Origin: Proteobacteria bacterium UBA1148
GTDB lineage: Bacteria; Pseudomonadota; Gammaproteobacteria; Steroidobacterales; Rariloculaceae
Direction: 5' to 3'
Assembly: GCA_002311835.1 (NCBI GenBank)
Contig: DBZY01000014.1
Span: 54,258 to 118,257 of the forward strand
DNA: 64,000 nt
Shown: positions 8,238 through 16,954 of the stretch, piece after piece
Layout: the number at the start of each line of letters is the position of its first letter
Position numbering within the stretch: position 1 is the stretch's first letter
Translations under genes and position numbers: made by a program
The notes under the pieces: model-generated
What the model saw: the letters and a program-made list of their open reading frames with translations, nothing else
Told to the model about the DNA's origin: nothing
Databases searched by the model: none

Positions 8238-9979
8238 CGGATGTACTCAACGAGCTCCTGAGCTTTCGCTGAGGGTTCCGCTGTCATATGGCTGACGGTT
8301 ATAGCTACTGCAAAGTTCAGCAGAACTCCGATGGTACCGATGCCTTCAGGGGAAATCCCCATAAGCCAGTTTTCGGCCACATTTTCCGACCAGGGTGATC
8401 CCGCCCAACGTAGAAATAGGCCCTTGAAGTACTCAATATAGCTGTAGGTAAAGACTAACCCGACAACCATACCTGCGATAGCTCCCTCTTTATTGATGCG
8501 CTTATAGAAGATGCCAAGCAATATCGGTGGAAATAGAGATGCAGCAGCAAGCCCGAATGCAAACGCGACAACCTGAGCAACAAAGGCGGGCGGGTAATAC
8601 CCCAATAGGCCTGCAATGACGATTGCAACACCAGCAGAGATTCTTCCTGCAAGCAGTTCTCTCCGCTCCGAGATATGAGGCATCAGTATGCCCTTCAGTA
8701 GATCATGAGATACCGCAGCAGATATAACGAGCAGCAGGCCTGCCGCCGTTGATAATGCTGCGGCAATGCCACCGGCGGCAACGAGTGCGATAACCCATTG
8801 TGGTAAAGAAGCAATTTCCGGGTTAGCAAGTACCATGATATCGGGATCCACTCGCAACTCATTGCCATCCCAGCCAAATGCTTGCGCACGCGTGGCGAAC
8901 TCCGGATTCTGGTCATTATAGTATTGGATTCGACCGTCCTCATTTTTGTCATCAAATTCCAAAAGACCTGTTGCTTCCCAGGTTCTGAACCAGTCTGGCC
9001 GATCCTCGTATGCAAGATTTCCGGTTTCAGCGCCAACGGTTCCGATTTGGATTGTCTCGGTGAGATTTAGTCTAGCCATTGAGCCGACTACTGGTGCCGT
9101 AAGGTAGAGCAGACCAATGAAAAAAAGCGCCCAACCGGCCGAGTACCGCGCATCACGAACCTTTGGCACGGTGAAAAACCGTACGATGACATGAGGTAGT
9201 CCAGCGGTACCAATCATGAGTGCAGTTGTAATGCAGAAGATGTCGATCGTGCTTTTGGTGCCAGAGGTATACGCTGTAAAACCAAGCGCAGTCACCACTT
9301 GATCAAGTTTCTGTAGAAAGTAAATTGAGTCACCTTGGATTGTGCTACCAAATGCAATTTGCGGGATAGGTGAGCCTGTAATCTGAAGCGCTATGAAGAC
9401 TGCAGGGACGGTGTAGGCAAAGATAAGCACGCAGTACTGAGCAATCTGAGTGTAGGTTACGCCTTTCATGCCACCGAGCACGGCGTAAACGAAAACAATA
9501 CCCATGCCGAATAAGAGCCCCAGCCCTATTGGCACCTCTAAGAATCTTGAGAAGACGATGCCGACACCACGCATCTGTCCAGCGACGTAGGTGAAGGAGA
9601 TGACAATTAGGCAAATTACCGCAACGATACGGGCGGCACGGGAGTCGTATCGCTCACCAATAAATTCAGGTACGGTAAATTTTCCAAATTTGCGTAGGTA
9701 CGGCGCCAGTAACAGTGCTAGCAACACGTATCCGCCAGTCCACCCCATGAGATAGACCGATCCGTCGTAACCAAGAAATGCGATAAGACCGGCCATGGAA
9801 ATGAATGAGGCGGCTGACATCCAATCTGCTGCCGTGGCCATACCGTTTGCGAGTGGGTGCACGTGTTTGCCGGCTACGTAGAAGTCTCCGGTATTGGTAG
9901 CTCTAGACCAAATAGCAATACCAATATAAAGAGCAAAACTTGCGCCCACTACAAGATAAGTCAAGGTTCTGAGTTCCAT
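8225..9979 (-). CDS. Sodium:solute symporter family large subunit (VC_2705-like / ActP-like)
   Basis: 584-aa polytopic protein with an FTVPEFIGERYDS motif. It is paired with a DUF4212 small subunit 9 nt upstream. Confidence 0.9.
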   Translation of the reverse strand: MELRTLTYLVVGASFALYIGIAIWSRATNTGDFYVAGKHVHPLANGMATAADWMSAASFISMAGLIAFLGYDGSVYLMGWTGGYVLLALLLAPYLRKFGKFTVPEFIGERYDSRAARIVAVICLIVISFTYVAGQMRGVGIVFSRFLEVPIGLGLLFGMGIVFVYAVLGGMKGVTYTQIAQYCVLIFAYTVPAVFIALQITGSPIPQIAFGSTIQGDSIYFLQKLDQVVTALGFTAYTSGTKSTIDIFCITTALMIGTAGLPHVIVRFFTVPKVRDARYSAGWALFFIGLLYLTAPVVGSMARLNLTETIQIGTVGAETGNLAYEDRPDWFRTWEATGLLEFDDKNEDGRIQYYNDQNPEFATRAQAFGWDGNELRVDPDIMVLANPEIASLPQWVIALVAAGGIAAALSTAAGLLLVISAAVSHDLLKGILMPHISERRELLAGRISAGVAIVIAGLLGYYPPAFVAQVVAFAFGLAAASLFPPILLGIFYKRINKEGAIAGMVVGLVFTYSYIEYFKGLFLRWAGSPWSENVAENWLMGISPEGIGTIGVLLNFAVAITVSHMTAEPSAKAQELVEYIRYPR

Positions 9980-9988
9980 TACGTTTGC

Positions 9989-10252
9989 CTAGTCTTCGTC
10001 TAGATTGTGTTCTCGATCAAGATGGTTCATGCGCCATGCGTAAAAGAAGATCAGACCGATGAAACAAAGAATCGAGCCCTGTTGAGCAAACCAGAAGCCA
10101 AGTTCAAAACCAAAAAACTGAAACTGATTTAAAAAATCCGCTAAAAAAATGCCAAAGCCAAACGACACTGTGAACCAGACTGCTAGGCAACCAGCCACGA
10201 GCCGAAGATTGGCCCGCCAGTAGAGATGCTTAGTGCTATGGTGTTCTGTCAT
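9989..10252 (-). CDS. DUF4212 small membrane protein (putative solute:sodium symporter small subunit)
   Basis: 87 aa, two TM segments, YWRANLRL... N-terminus. It lies immediately upstream of, and co-oriented with, the SSS gene, as is typical of this two-gene system. Confidence 0.8.
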   Translation of the reverse strand: MTEHHSTKHLYWRANLRLVAGCLAVWFTVSFGFGIFLADFLNQFQFFGFELGFWFAQQGSILCFIGLIFFYAWRMNHLDREHNLDED

Positions 10253-10300
10253 GAAAAATCCTAAAAATAATCCGGGTTAGTCTCTAGGGATGGCGCAAGA

Positions 10301-10337
10301 TTATTACCAATGGTGTGTAGTTATTACCATATTACCA
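10301..10337. repeat. Direct repeats TTATTACCA (x2) plus ATTACCA in a divergent promoter region
   Basis: TTATTACCA at 10301-10309 and 10321-10329 (20-bp phasing), and ATTACCA again at 10331-10337, between the symporter operon and the Tat-SDR gene. Confidence 0.6.
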
Positions 10338-10396
10338 GTGCAAACGGGTGTTCCCAATCTTGATCTGTACAAAAAGGTCAATCAGACTAGGATTCT

Positions 10397-11374
10397 ATGA
10401 TCGACCGGCGACGATTTTTGCAGAGTAGTGCGCTGTGTACACTTGCGCCCACGGTAGGATACGCAGCTTGCGAGGACGGTGTGAGTCGGTTTGATGCTAA
10501 CTCCACAGCAGAGGAAGTTACGCTGGGGTTGGATCTCACAGGAAAGACAGCACTCGTCACCGGTATCAATTCTGGGATCGGTTACGAAACAATGCGAGTC
10601 CTCGCATTACGAGGGGCCCATGTTCTTGGCACGGCACGGACGTATGAAAAGGGCCGTATCGCGTGCGACAGCGTTGTAGGTGAGACTACACCGTTAGTTC
10701 TGGAACTTTCGGATTTTAATTCCATAGTTACCTGTTCAGATCAGATTCAGGCGATGGGTATGGAGATAGATATTCTGATCTGTAATGCAGGTGCGATATT
10801 CGCCGATTTATGGCAAGTGAATGGTGTTGAGGCTCATTTTGTGATCAACCATTTGGGGCATTTTGTGCTGGTAAATCGTCTCTTGAATAGGGTGATCGCA
10901 GCACCCCAGGGACGCATTGTTATCGTCGGCAGCCAGGCGCATCAATCCGCTCCCGAGGCTGGTATTCAGTTCTCTGATCTGTCGGGAGCATCCTGGTTCG
11001 GCCGTCAAGTAGCATATGGACACTCTAAGCTTGCTAACGGCTTACACTCGCTCGAACTTTCGAGGCGGCTGAAAGATACTCATACAACTTCGAATGTTGT
11101 ACATCCTGGCATTGTAAGGACCAATATCGCTCGGGATCTTCCTGGTTGGCAGCAGGCAGCGTTCCAAATTTTCGGCTATCTTTTCTTGAAGTCACTTGAG
11201 GAAGGTGCAGCGACTACCTGTTACGTTGCTACTAACCCTGATGTTGAAAAAATCAGCGGGTGTTATTTTGCCGATAGTAATCCCGCGACGCCGCACGAAA
11301 ATATGCAAGACGTTCCTATGGGTGTAAAGCTCTGGGAGGTTTCGGAAAGGCTCACCGAAGGCTATTTAGTCTAA
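10397..11374 (+). CDS. SDR family oxidoreductase with a twin-arginine (Tat) type signal peptide
   Basis: N-terminus MIDRRRFLQSSALCTLAPTVGYAA (RRxFLx plus an h-region). TALVTGINSGIGYE dinucleotide motif and YGHSK catalytic YxxxK. Confidence 0.85.
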   Translation: MIDRRRFLQSSALCTLAPTVGYAACEDGVSRFDANSTAEEVTLGLDLTGKTALVTGINSGIGYETMRVLALRGAHVLGTARTYEKGRIACDSVVGETTPLVLELSDFNSIVTCSDQIQAMGMEIDILICNAGAIFADLWQVNGVEAHFVINHLGHFVLVNRLLNRVIAAPQGRIVIVGSQAHQSAPEAGIQFSDLSGASWFGRQVAYGHSKLANGLHSLELSRRLKDTHTTSNVVHPGIVRTNIARDLPGWQQAAFQIFGYLFLKSLEEGAATTCYVATNPDVEKISGCYFADSNPATPHENMQDVPMGVKLWEVSERLTEGYLV

Positions 11375-11442
11375 TTCTGTGTAGAGTCCAAATTGTGGAG
11401 TTAGTAATTGTTGATGGCCTTTTTAAAATAGGACGTCTGGTT

Positions 11443-13632
11443 TTAGGTGCTGCCAAGCTGAAATATGAGTAACGCGCCAAGATAGCCCGCTGCAGTCATG
11501 TAACTCCATGCAAATATTGGCCAACGCCAGGTATTAGTTTCTCGCTTGATTACTGCGAGAGTTGCAGCGCACTGTAAGCACCAAGCGTAAAAGACTAGTA
11601 ATCCGAGCACCATCGGCAAAGTAAATACGGTTTGTCCGTCTGGCCAGGTTGCGGACTTCAGTCGGTCAGTAAGGCTAGATTCATTCGCCTCAGAGCCAAC
11701 AGCGTAGATAGTGCCTAGCACAGCGACCACTACTTCCCGAGCGGGAAAACCAGCAATCACTGCCGCAGAAACACGCCAGTCCCAACCAAGAGGCTCAAAG
11801 ACAGGTTCCACCCATTGACCAGCACGCCCCAGCCAACTTTGTGCCAGTTGTGCAGCCGCAGCCTCGTTATTGATGCTGCTAATCTCTGCAGCGAGCACGT
11901 CATCAGCTAAGATTGCGCTGGCTTGTTCTTGGGCACTCAAACGTTCCGTCTCAATGCTGTCTGAGCGGGGAAAATACGCCATAGCCCAGATAAGAATGGC
12001 GACGGTAAAAATGACTGTGCCCGCACGGCGTAGAAAGATTCGAGCCCGATCCAGGAGTTTAAAAAGTACGGTGCGTAGACTAGGTAAATGGAATTCAGGT
12101 AGAGCCAGAATAAAGGATGGGTTTGGTCCACGTAGAGCTGAACGCTTTAGCAGAAGAGCTGTTCCTACACCGCCCAGTATTCCCAGCATGTAAAGACCAA
12201 ATAGAACGAGTCCCTGGAGATTAGCAAAACCTATACTGCTGTTAGGGATGAATGCGGCAATTAAGAGGGCATAAACTGGTAATCGTGCCGAGCAGGTCAT
12301 GAAGGGTGCAGCGATGATTGTCGCAATTCGATCACGTCTGTCTGGTATGACGCGGGTTGCCATAATGCCCGGAATCGCGCAAGCAAAACCTGAAATCAAT
12401 GGAATAACGGACTGTCCAGAGAGTCCTACCGCACGCATGGCTCGGTCCATAAGAAAAGCTGTCCGTGCCAAATAACCGGTGTCTTCCAAGACGATAATAA
12501 ACAGGAAAAGAATGAGTATTTGGGGTAGAAAAATAATAACACTGCCTACACCAGCAATGACCCCATCGGCAAGAAAACTGCTTACTATCCCAGATGGCAG
12601 AGTGCTTTGTATCCAAACGCCTAGGCCACTAGTTGCTGCGTCGATAATATCCATGAAAGGAGTTGCCCAGGCGAAAACAGCTTGGAAGATAATGGCCATT
12701 AGGCCAAAAAATAGAGCCGTCGCTGGAATCGGCCGGTTTAACCAATTAACAAGTTTCGTGGCCCACCGAATTGGGGTAAAGGCTCTAGTCTCAAGTTGAG
12801 GTAGAGTTTTATTAATCCAGTTATACCGTGCCCGTGTCTCCACAGCTATTGGAGGATCGTTGCCGCAGAGTGTGTTGCGGTGTTTCTGAATCTGGGCATC
12901 AGCATTTGCACCTAGGGCCTCCCGAAGTTTTGAAACTGCAGCCGGATCCCCGTCGATAATTGCTCGTTCGATCTCTGTGAGCGTCAATGATGAATTGCCA
13001 ATTTTCTTTTCAAGAGTTTTTGCTGAGTGGCGTAATTCTGGCCAGAATGATGTATCAGAGGTGTTTCTCTCCTCACCCACGACTTCGTTGATTATGGAAC
13101 GAAGATGAGCCATTCCTCTGCCCGTAGTGGCGACGATCTCGGACACCGGTATACCACCAAGCTCGTTTTTTAGAGCATTAGTATCGATTCGAATATTTTT
13201 GTTGATTGCGGCGTCAGTCATAGTGAGCACGACCACGATCGGTCGGCCGAGCTCGACAAGCTGTTGGAGAAGATAAAGGCCCTGGTAGAGTCTGGTGGCA
13301 TCGACCACCGCCAGAATTATGTCTGGTTGTGGGGTCCCAACTACGCGGCCTAATAGCACGTCGACGGCGATTCGCTCATCTGCTGAATTCGGGCTCAACG
13401 AATAGATTCCCGGTAGATCAATGAGATCAAAACTTAAGCTGTCTAAGGTAAATTTACCGACTCGCTTCTCCACCGTAACGCCAGGGTAGTTTGCAGTTTT
13501 TTGTCTTAGTCCTGTAAGCCGATTGAATACAGTGCTCTTTCCGGTATTGGGATTCCCGACTAGGGCTAGAGTCATCTGCTGAGAGATGACCAGATCCTCG
13601 ATAGGGATATTGATTGTTGTGGACTCGGGCAT
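11443..13632 (-). CDS. feoB: Ferrous iron transporter FeoB
   Basis: G-domain LVGNPNTGKSTVFNRLTG and DLPGIYSL followed by a large polytopic domain. ORF extends to 13704, but the ATG at 13632 sits just after the feoA stop. Confidence 0.92.
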   Translation of the reverse strand: MPESTTINIPIEDLVISQQMTLALVGNPNTGKSTVFNRLTGLRQKTANYPGVTVEKRVGKFTLDSLSFDLIDLPGIYSLSPNSADERIAVDVLLGRVVGTPQPDIILAVVDATRLYQGLYLLQQLVELGRPIVVVLTMTDAAINKNIRIDTNALKNELGGIPVSEIVATTGRGMAHLRSIINEVVGEERNTSDTSFWPELRHSAKTLEKKIGNSSLTLTEIERAIIDGDPAAVSKLREALGANADAQIQKHRNTLCGNDPPIAVETRARYNWINKTLPQLETRAFTPIRWATKLVNWLNRPIPATALFFGLMAIIFQAVFAWATPFMDIIDAATSGLGVWIQSTLPSGIVSSFLADGVIAGVGSVIIFLPQILILFLFIIVLEDTGYLARTAFLMDRAMRAVGLSGQSVIPLISGFACAIPGIMATRVIPDRRDRIATIIAAPFMTCSARLPVYALLIAAFIPNSSIGFANLQGLVLFGLYMLGILGGVGTALLLKRSALRGPNPSFILALPEFHLPSLRTVLFKLLDRARIFLRRAGTVIFTVAILIWAMAYFPRSDSIETERLSAQEQASAILADDVLAAEISSINNEAAAAQLAQSWLGRAGQWVEPVFEPLGWDWRVSAAVIAGFPAREVVVAVLGTIYAVGSEANESSLTDRLKSATWPDGQTVFTLPMVLGLLVFYAWCLQCAATLAVIKRETNTWRWPIFAWSYMTAAGYLGALLIFQLGST

Positions 13633-13636
13633 TAGT

Positions 13637-13873
13637 TCAAGTTGCGACTGGTGTGGATATAACGCGAAAATGTTGTGCATCGGAGCGGCGGAGAGATAGC
13701 GCACTACCGTAGAGGAGAAACTCCATTGGGTCTCCGCCTAGAGAACCACCCAGACATTCAAGCTCTGCGCCCTCAACGAGTCCCATAATCATAAGTCGCT
13801 GAACGCTCTGCTCGGCAGCATCAATGCCACAGATGCGAGCACGATTGCCTCTTTTCAGGTCGGCCAATGTCAA
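13637..13873 (-). CDS. feoA: Ferrous iron transport protein FeoA
   Basis: 78-aa SH3-like FeoA pattern (RICGIDAAEQSVQRLMIMGLVEGAELE). TTG start with an AAGGGA RBS, directly upstream of feoB. Confidence 0.85.
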   Translation of the reverse strand: MTLADLKRGNRARICGIDAAEQSVQRLMIMGLVEGAELECLGGSLGGDPMEFLLYGSALSLRRSDAQHFRVISTPVAT

Positions 13874-13909
13874 AAAGCTATCCCTTGACAGTTTTTGTCA
13901 GTTGGTCAA

Positions 13910-14593
13910 TTAAAGTGAGCGATAAAACCGTTCGTCGTAGAGAGCCCCGCTAAGAGGAAATAGACTCGCCCTGAAAGACTTAGTATGAGTCGCTCCGTAA
14001 TGCTCTTCTTGGGCCTCCGGATTTTCCCAGGCTTCCACCACCGTCATGTGATTTCTGCGGTTCGATTGAACAAGGACGTCGAAACGAGTATTGCCGGCAT
14101 CATCGCGGCTTGCTGACGCTAACGTTTCGAGAAGCCCAACTGCCACTTCTGTGTTGTTGGGGGTGACATCTACATGTGTTATTGCGAAAACCCCGCCAGG
14201 TCCAATATTACCCCCAGCTGCCGTTGCGAGATCACCATGTGGGCGCGCATCGGCGGGGCTATAGAGGAGGGGTTCCAGGTTGTCATGAAAGATCGCTGTC
14301 TGCCTTGAACTGGCATAAGCATCACGAGCTTCTGCATCACGCCAAGTTTCGAGGATGGCAAAGTGACTAGGTCGGCCTATACGCTGAAGAGCCTGGAATA
14401 GCGCATTTCCATTTGCATCGCTACTTTCCTGAACGTAGGCGGTGAGTAATTCGGCTACTTCATCTGCGGCAGAAGGTGCAACTTCGATATAGGTCACCAT
14501 ATACGCTGTGCCATCATCTTGTGCGCTAGTGATCTGCGCAAAACTGAGTACCAGGGCCGCAAAGGCCAAAGACAAATATTGAGAGAATCCCAT
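13910..14593 (-). CDS. Exported protein with two tandem ABM (antibiotic-biosynthesis-monooxygenase/Dabb-like) domains
   Basis: Signal peptide MGFSQYLSLAFAALVLSFAQITSAQ, then two repeats with the ABM pattern (ILETWRDAEARDAY..., VVEAWENPEAQEEHYGATHTKSF). Confidence 0.7.
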   Translation of the reverse strand: MGFSQYLSLAFAALVLSFAQITSAQDDGTAYMVTYIEVAPSAADEVAELLTAYVQESSDANGNALFQALQRIGRPSHFAILETWRDAEARDAYASSRQTAIFHDNLEPLLYSPADARPHGDLATAAGGNIGPGGVFAITHVDVTPNNTEVAVGLLETLASASRDDAGNTRFDVLVQSNRRNHMTVVEAWENPEAQEEHYGATHTKSFRASLFPLSGALYDERFYRSL

Positions 14594-14736
14594 CGTGAAG
14601 TCCTCTTTAATTATTATCGGATGGTTATTGATAGGTAATTCTAACCTTATTAGGCTTCGTTCGTCCCGTCGTTCCTCTGTGTGCTTTCAGTACGGGCTCA
14701 CACAGTAAAAGATTAAGAGATGAGCGCCTCAATCGG

Positions 14737-16011
14737 CTAGCTTCCGTATCGCCGGACTCGGATGTCTGCTTGCTCTTTGTGACCCATAAATCCCTCCAGG
14801 TCACAAAGTCTTGAGCAGTACTCACCAATTTTGAGTGAGGCTTCCTCTGTGATTTTTTGATATGTGCAGGTCTTAATAAACTTCCCTACCCACAGCCCAC
14901 CTGTATACCGAGCGGCTTTCTTGGTAGGTAGCGTATGGTTGGTGCCGATTACCTTATCTCCATAAGCTACATTTGTTTCTGGTCCGAGAAAGAGGGCGCC
15001 GTAGTTGGTCATTTTCTCAAGGAAGTAATCAGGATCGTGGGTCATGACCTGCACATGTTCTGATGCTATTTCATCGGCGATGTGCACCATTTCCTCCACA
15101 GTATCGCAGACGATAACTTGTCCGTAATCATGCCAGGCTGTCCCAGCGATCTCCGCCGTTGGTAAAATGCCCAGCTGGCGATCAACCTCAACCATCGTGT
15201 CCTTGGCCAATTTTTCGGAGTTGGTTAGCAGAATCGCAGGAGAGGTGGGCCCGTGTTCGGCTTGTCCCAACAGATCGGCGGCACAGAGTTCGCCATCAAC
15301 GCTATCATCCGCGATCACTAGTGTCTCGGTTGGACCTGCTAGCAGATCAATCCCCACGCGCCCGAAGAGCTGTCTCTTTGCTTCTGCAACGTACGCATTA
15401 CCTGGACCAACAATCATATCTGCGGGGTCGATGCTCTGTGTACCAAGCGCCATTGCTGCTACGGCCTGCACGCCACCAAGACAGTAGATCTCATCCGCCC
15501 CGGCCAAATCCATAGCGACAACGATGGCTGCACTAGGCGCACCCTTATAAGGTGGAGCTGCTGCAATGATTCGCCGTACTCCTGCCACTTTAGCTGTGAC
15601 AACACTCATGTGAGCCGATGCCACCATGGGGTATTGCCCTCCTGGGACATAGCAGCCAACACTATTTACCGGGAGATTCTTATGTCCCAGTATCACGCCT
15701 GGCAGCGTCTCGACCTCAACGTCTCTGAGCGCATCTTTTTGTATCTGAGCGAAGTTTCTGATCTGTGTCTGAGCAAATTTAATATCTTCAATTACCTGTT
15801 TGGGGAGTTGCTGGTGGCAAGCTTTGATGTCATCTGCGCTTAGACGGAAAGACTCGGGCGACCATTGATCGAACCGTTCAGAGAAATCTCTAAGGGCCTC
15901 GTCGCCGCGAGAGCTAATATCTTGAAGAATGTTCTCGACAGTTTGGCGAATCTTGGCCTCCTCCAAGGCAACCTCATCTGCAGATTTACCTTGTTTCAGG
16001 TAGCGTGCCAT
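14737..16011 (-). CDS. Histidinol dehydrogenase-family NAD-dependent dehydrogenase (non-his-operon paralog; HpsN-like possible)
   Basis: [17 protein letters not shown] and [14 protein letters not shown] HisD motifs. YLKQGK N-terminus. No other his genes nearby. Confidence 0.85.
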   Translation of the reverse strand: MARYLKQGKSADEVALEEAKIRQTVENILQDISSRGDEALRDFSERFDQWSPESFRLSADDIKACHQQLPKQVIEDIKFAQTQIRNFAQIQKDALRDVEVETLPGVILGHKNLPVNSVGCYVPGGQYPMVASAHMSVVTAKVAGVRRIIAAAPPYKGAPSAAIVVAMDLAGADEIYCLGGVQAVAAMALGTQSIDPADMIVGPGNAYVAEAKRQLFGRVGIDLLAGPTETLVIADDSVDGELCAADLLGQAEHGPTSPAILLTNSEKLAKDTMVEVDRQLGILPTAEIAGTAWHDYGQVIVCDTVEEMVHIADEIASEHVQVMTHDPDYFLEKMTNYGALFLGPETNVAYGDKVIGTNHTLPTKKAARYTGGLWVGKFIKTCTYQKITEEASLKIGEYCSRLCDLEGFMGHKEQADIRVRRYGS

Positions 16012-16126
16012 AGCGATTCTCCGAATTTTCGGCGGCGTAGCCGTCTAGACATGCTAGGTAATGTTGACTTCTACTGCAAACCTGTGGTCCATGTGGATAC
16101 AGGAGTAGCCCGCGAGTGAAAACAAC

Positions 16127-16864
16127 ATGACTAAATGGGATTTATCTGGACGTGTCGCGTTAATTACTGGAGCTAGTCGCGGAATTGGTGAGGCGTGCGC
16201 GGAGGCTATGGTTGAGTCTGGCGCACATGTGATCGCCGTGGCAAGAAATCAAAAAAACCTAATGTCTCTAGCAGATAGGCTTGGAGATTCGATTGAGATT
16301 TGGGTCGAGGATATCAATGAAGGGCTTTTTCGTGATCGCATAGAGAACCTCGATCGTCTGGATATTATGTTTAACAACGCTGGTATTAATTCTCCACGGC
16401 CTTTCATAGACATCCCCGAAGACTCCCTTGATGAAATGATTCAGCTTAATGTGAAGGCGTTGTTTTTAGCAGCGCAGAGTGCAGCGCGAGTGATGCTTCG
16501 TGCCGGGAACGGCGGTTCAATTATCAATATGTCATCGCAAATGGGTCATATTGGCGCTCCGAATAGAACGGCTTACTGCATGACTAAACATGCTGTAGAG
16601 GGGTTGACGAAAGCAATGGGCGTTGAGCTGGCATCTCATGGCATACGAGTCAATTCTGTTGCGCCGACATTTATCGAAACCCCGATGACAGTACCTATGT
16701 TTGAGGATGCTGAATTCAAACAGTGGGCGCTGGACTGTATTCCAATGGGACGTATCGGACAACTCCATGAGGTGGTTTCTGCAGTGATGTTCTTAGCATC
16801 ATCCGATTCGTCGCTGATGACTGGATCTAGCCTAAAGATAGACGGCGGTTGGACAGCACGATAG
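16127..16864 (+). CDS. SDR family oxidoreductase
   Basis: ALITGASRGIGEA, NNAG, and the YCMTKHAVEGL catalytic YxxxK. Confidence 0.9.
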   Translation: MTKWDLSGRVALITGASRGIGEACAEAMVESGAHVIAVARNQKNLMSLADRLGDSIEIWVEDINEGLFRDRIENLDRLDIMFNNAGINSPRPFIDIPEDSLDEMIQLNVKALFLAAQSAARVMLRAGNGGSIINMSSQMGHIGAPNRTAYCMTKHAVEGLTKAMGVELASHGIRVNSVAPTFIETPMTVPMFEDAEFKQWALDCIPMGRIGQLHEVVSAVMFLASSDSSLMTGSSLKIDGGWTAR

Positions 16865-16954
16865 TTAGGGTATTTCCATCGGTTGTGGTGGTAGCGAACG
16901 TGGGGCGAATACGTATATCGAGATGAAGGTGGAAAACTGTGCGAGAACTTTTTC

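Noticed and set aside
13910-14593. Calling the tandem-ABM protein an IsdG-type haem oxygenase
   Set aside because: The Trp and His positions are generic to ABM domains, and the catalytic Asn near the N-terminus of each repeat is not present. Only the weaker genomic-context hypothesis is retained as a finding.
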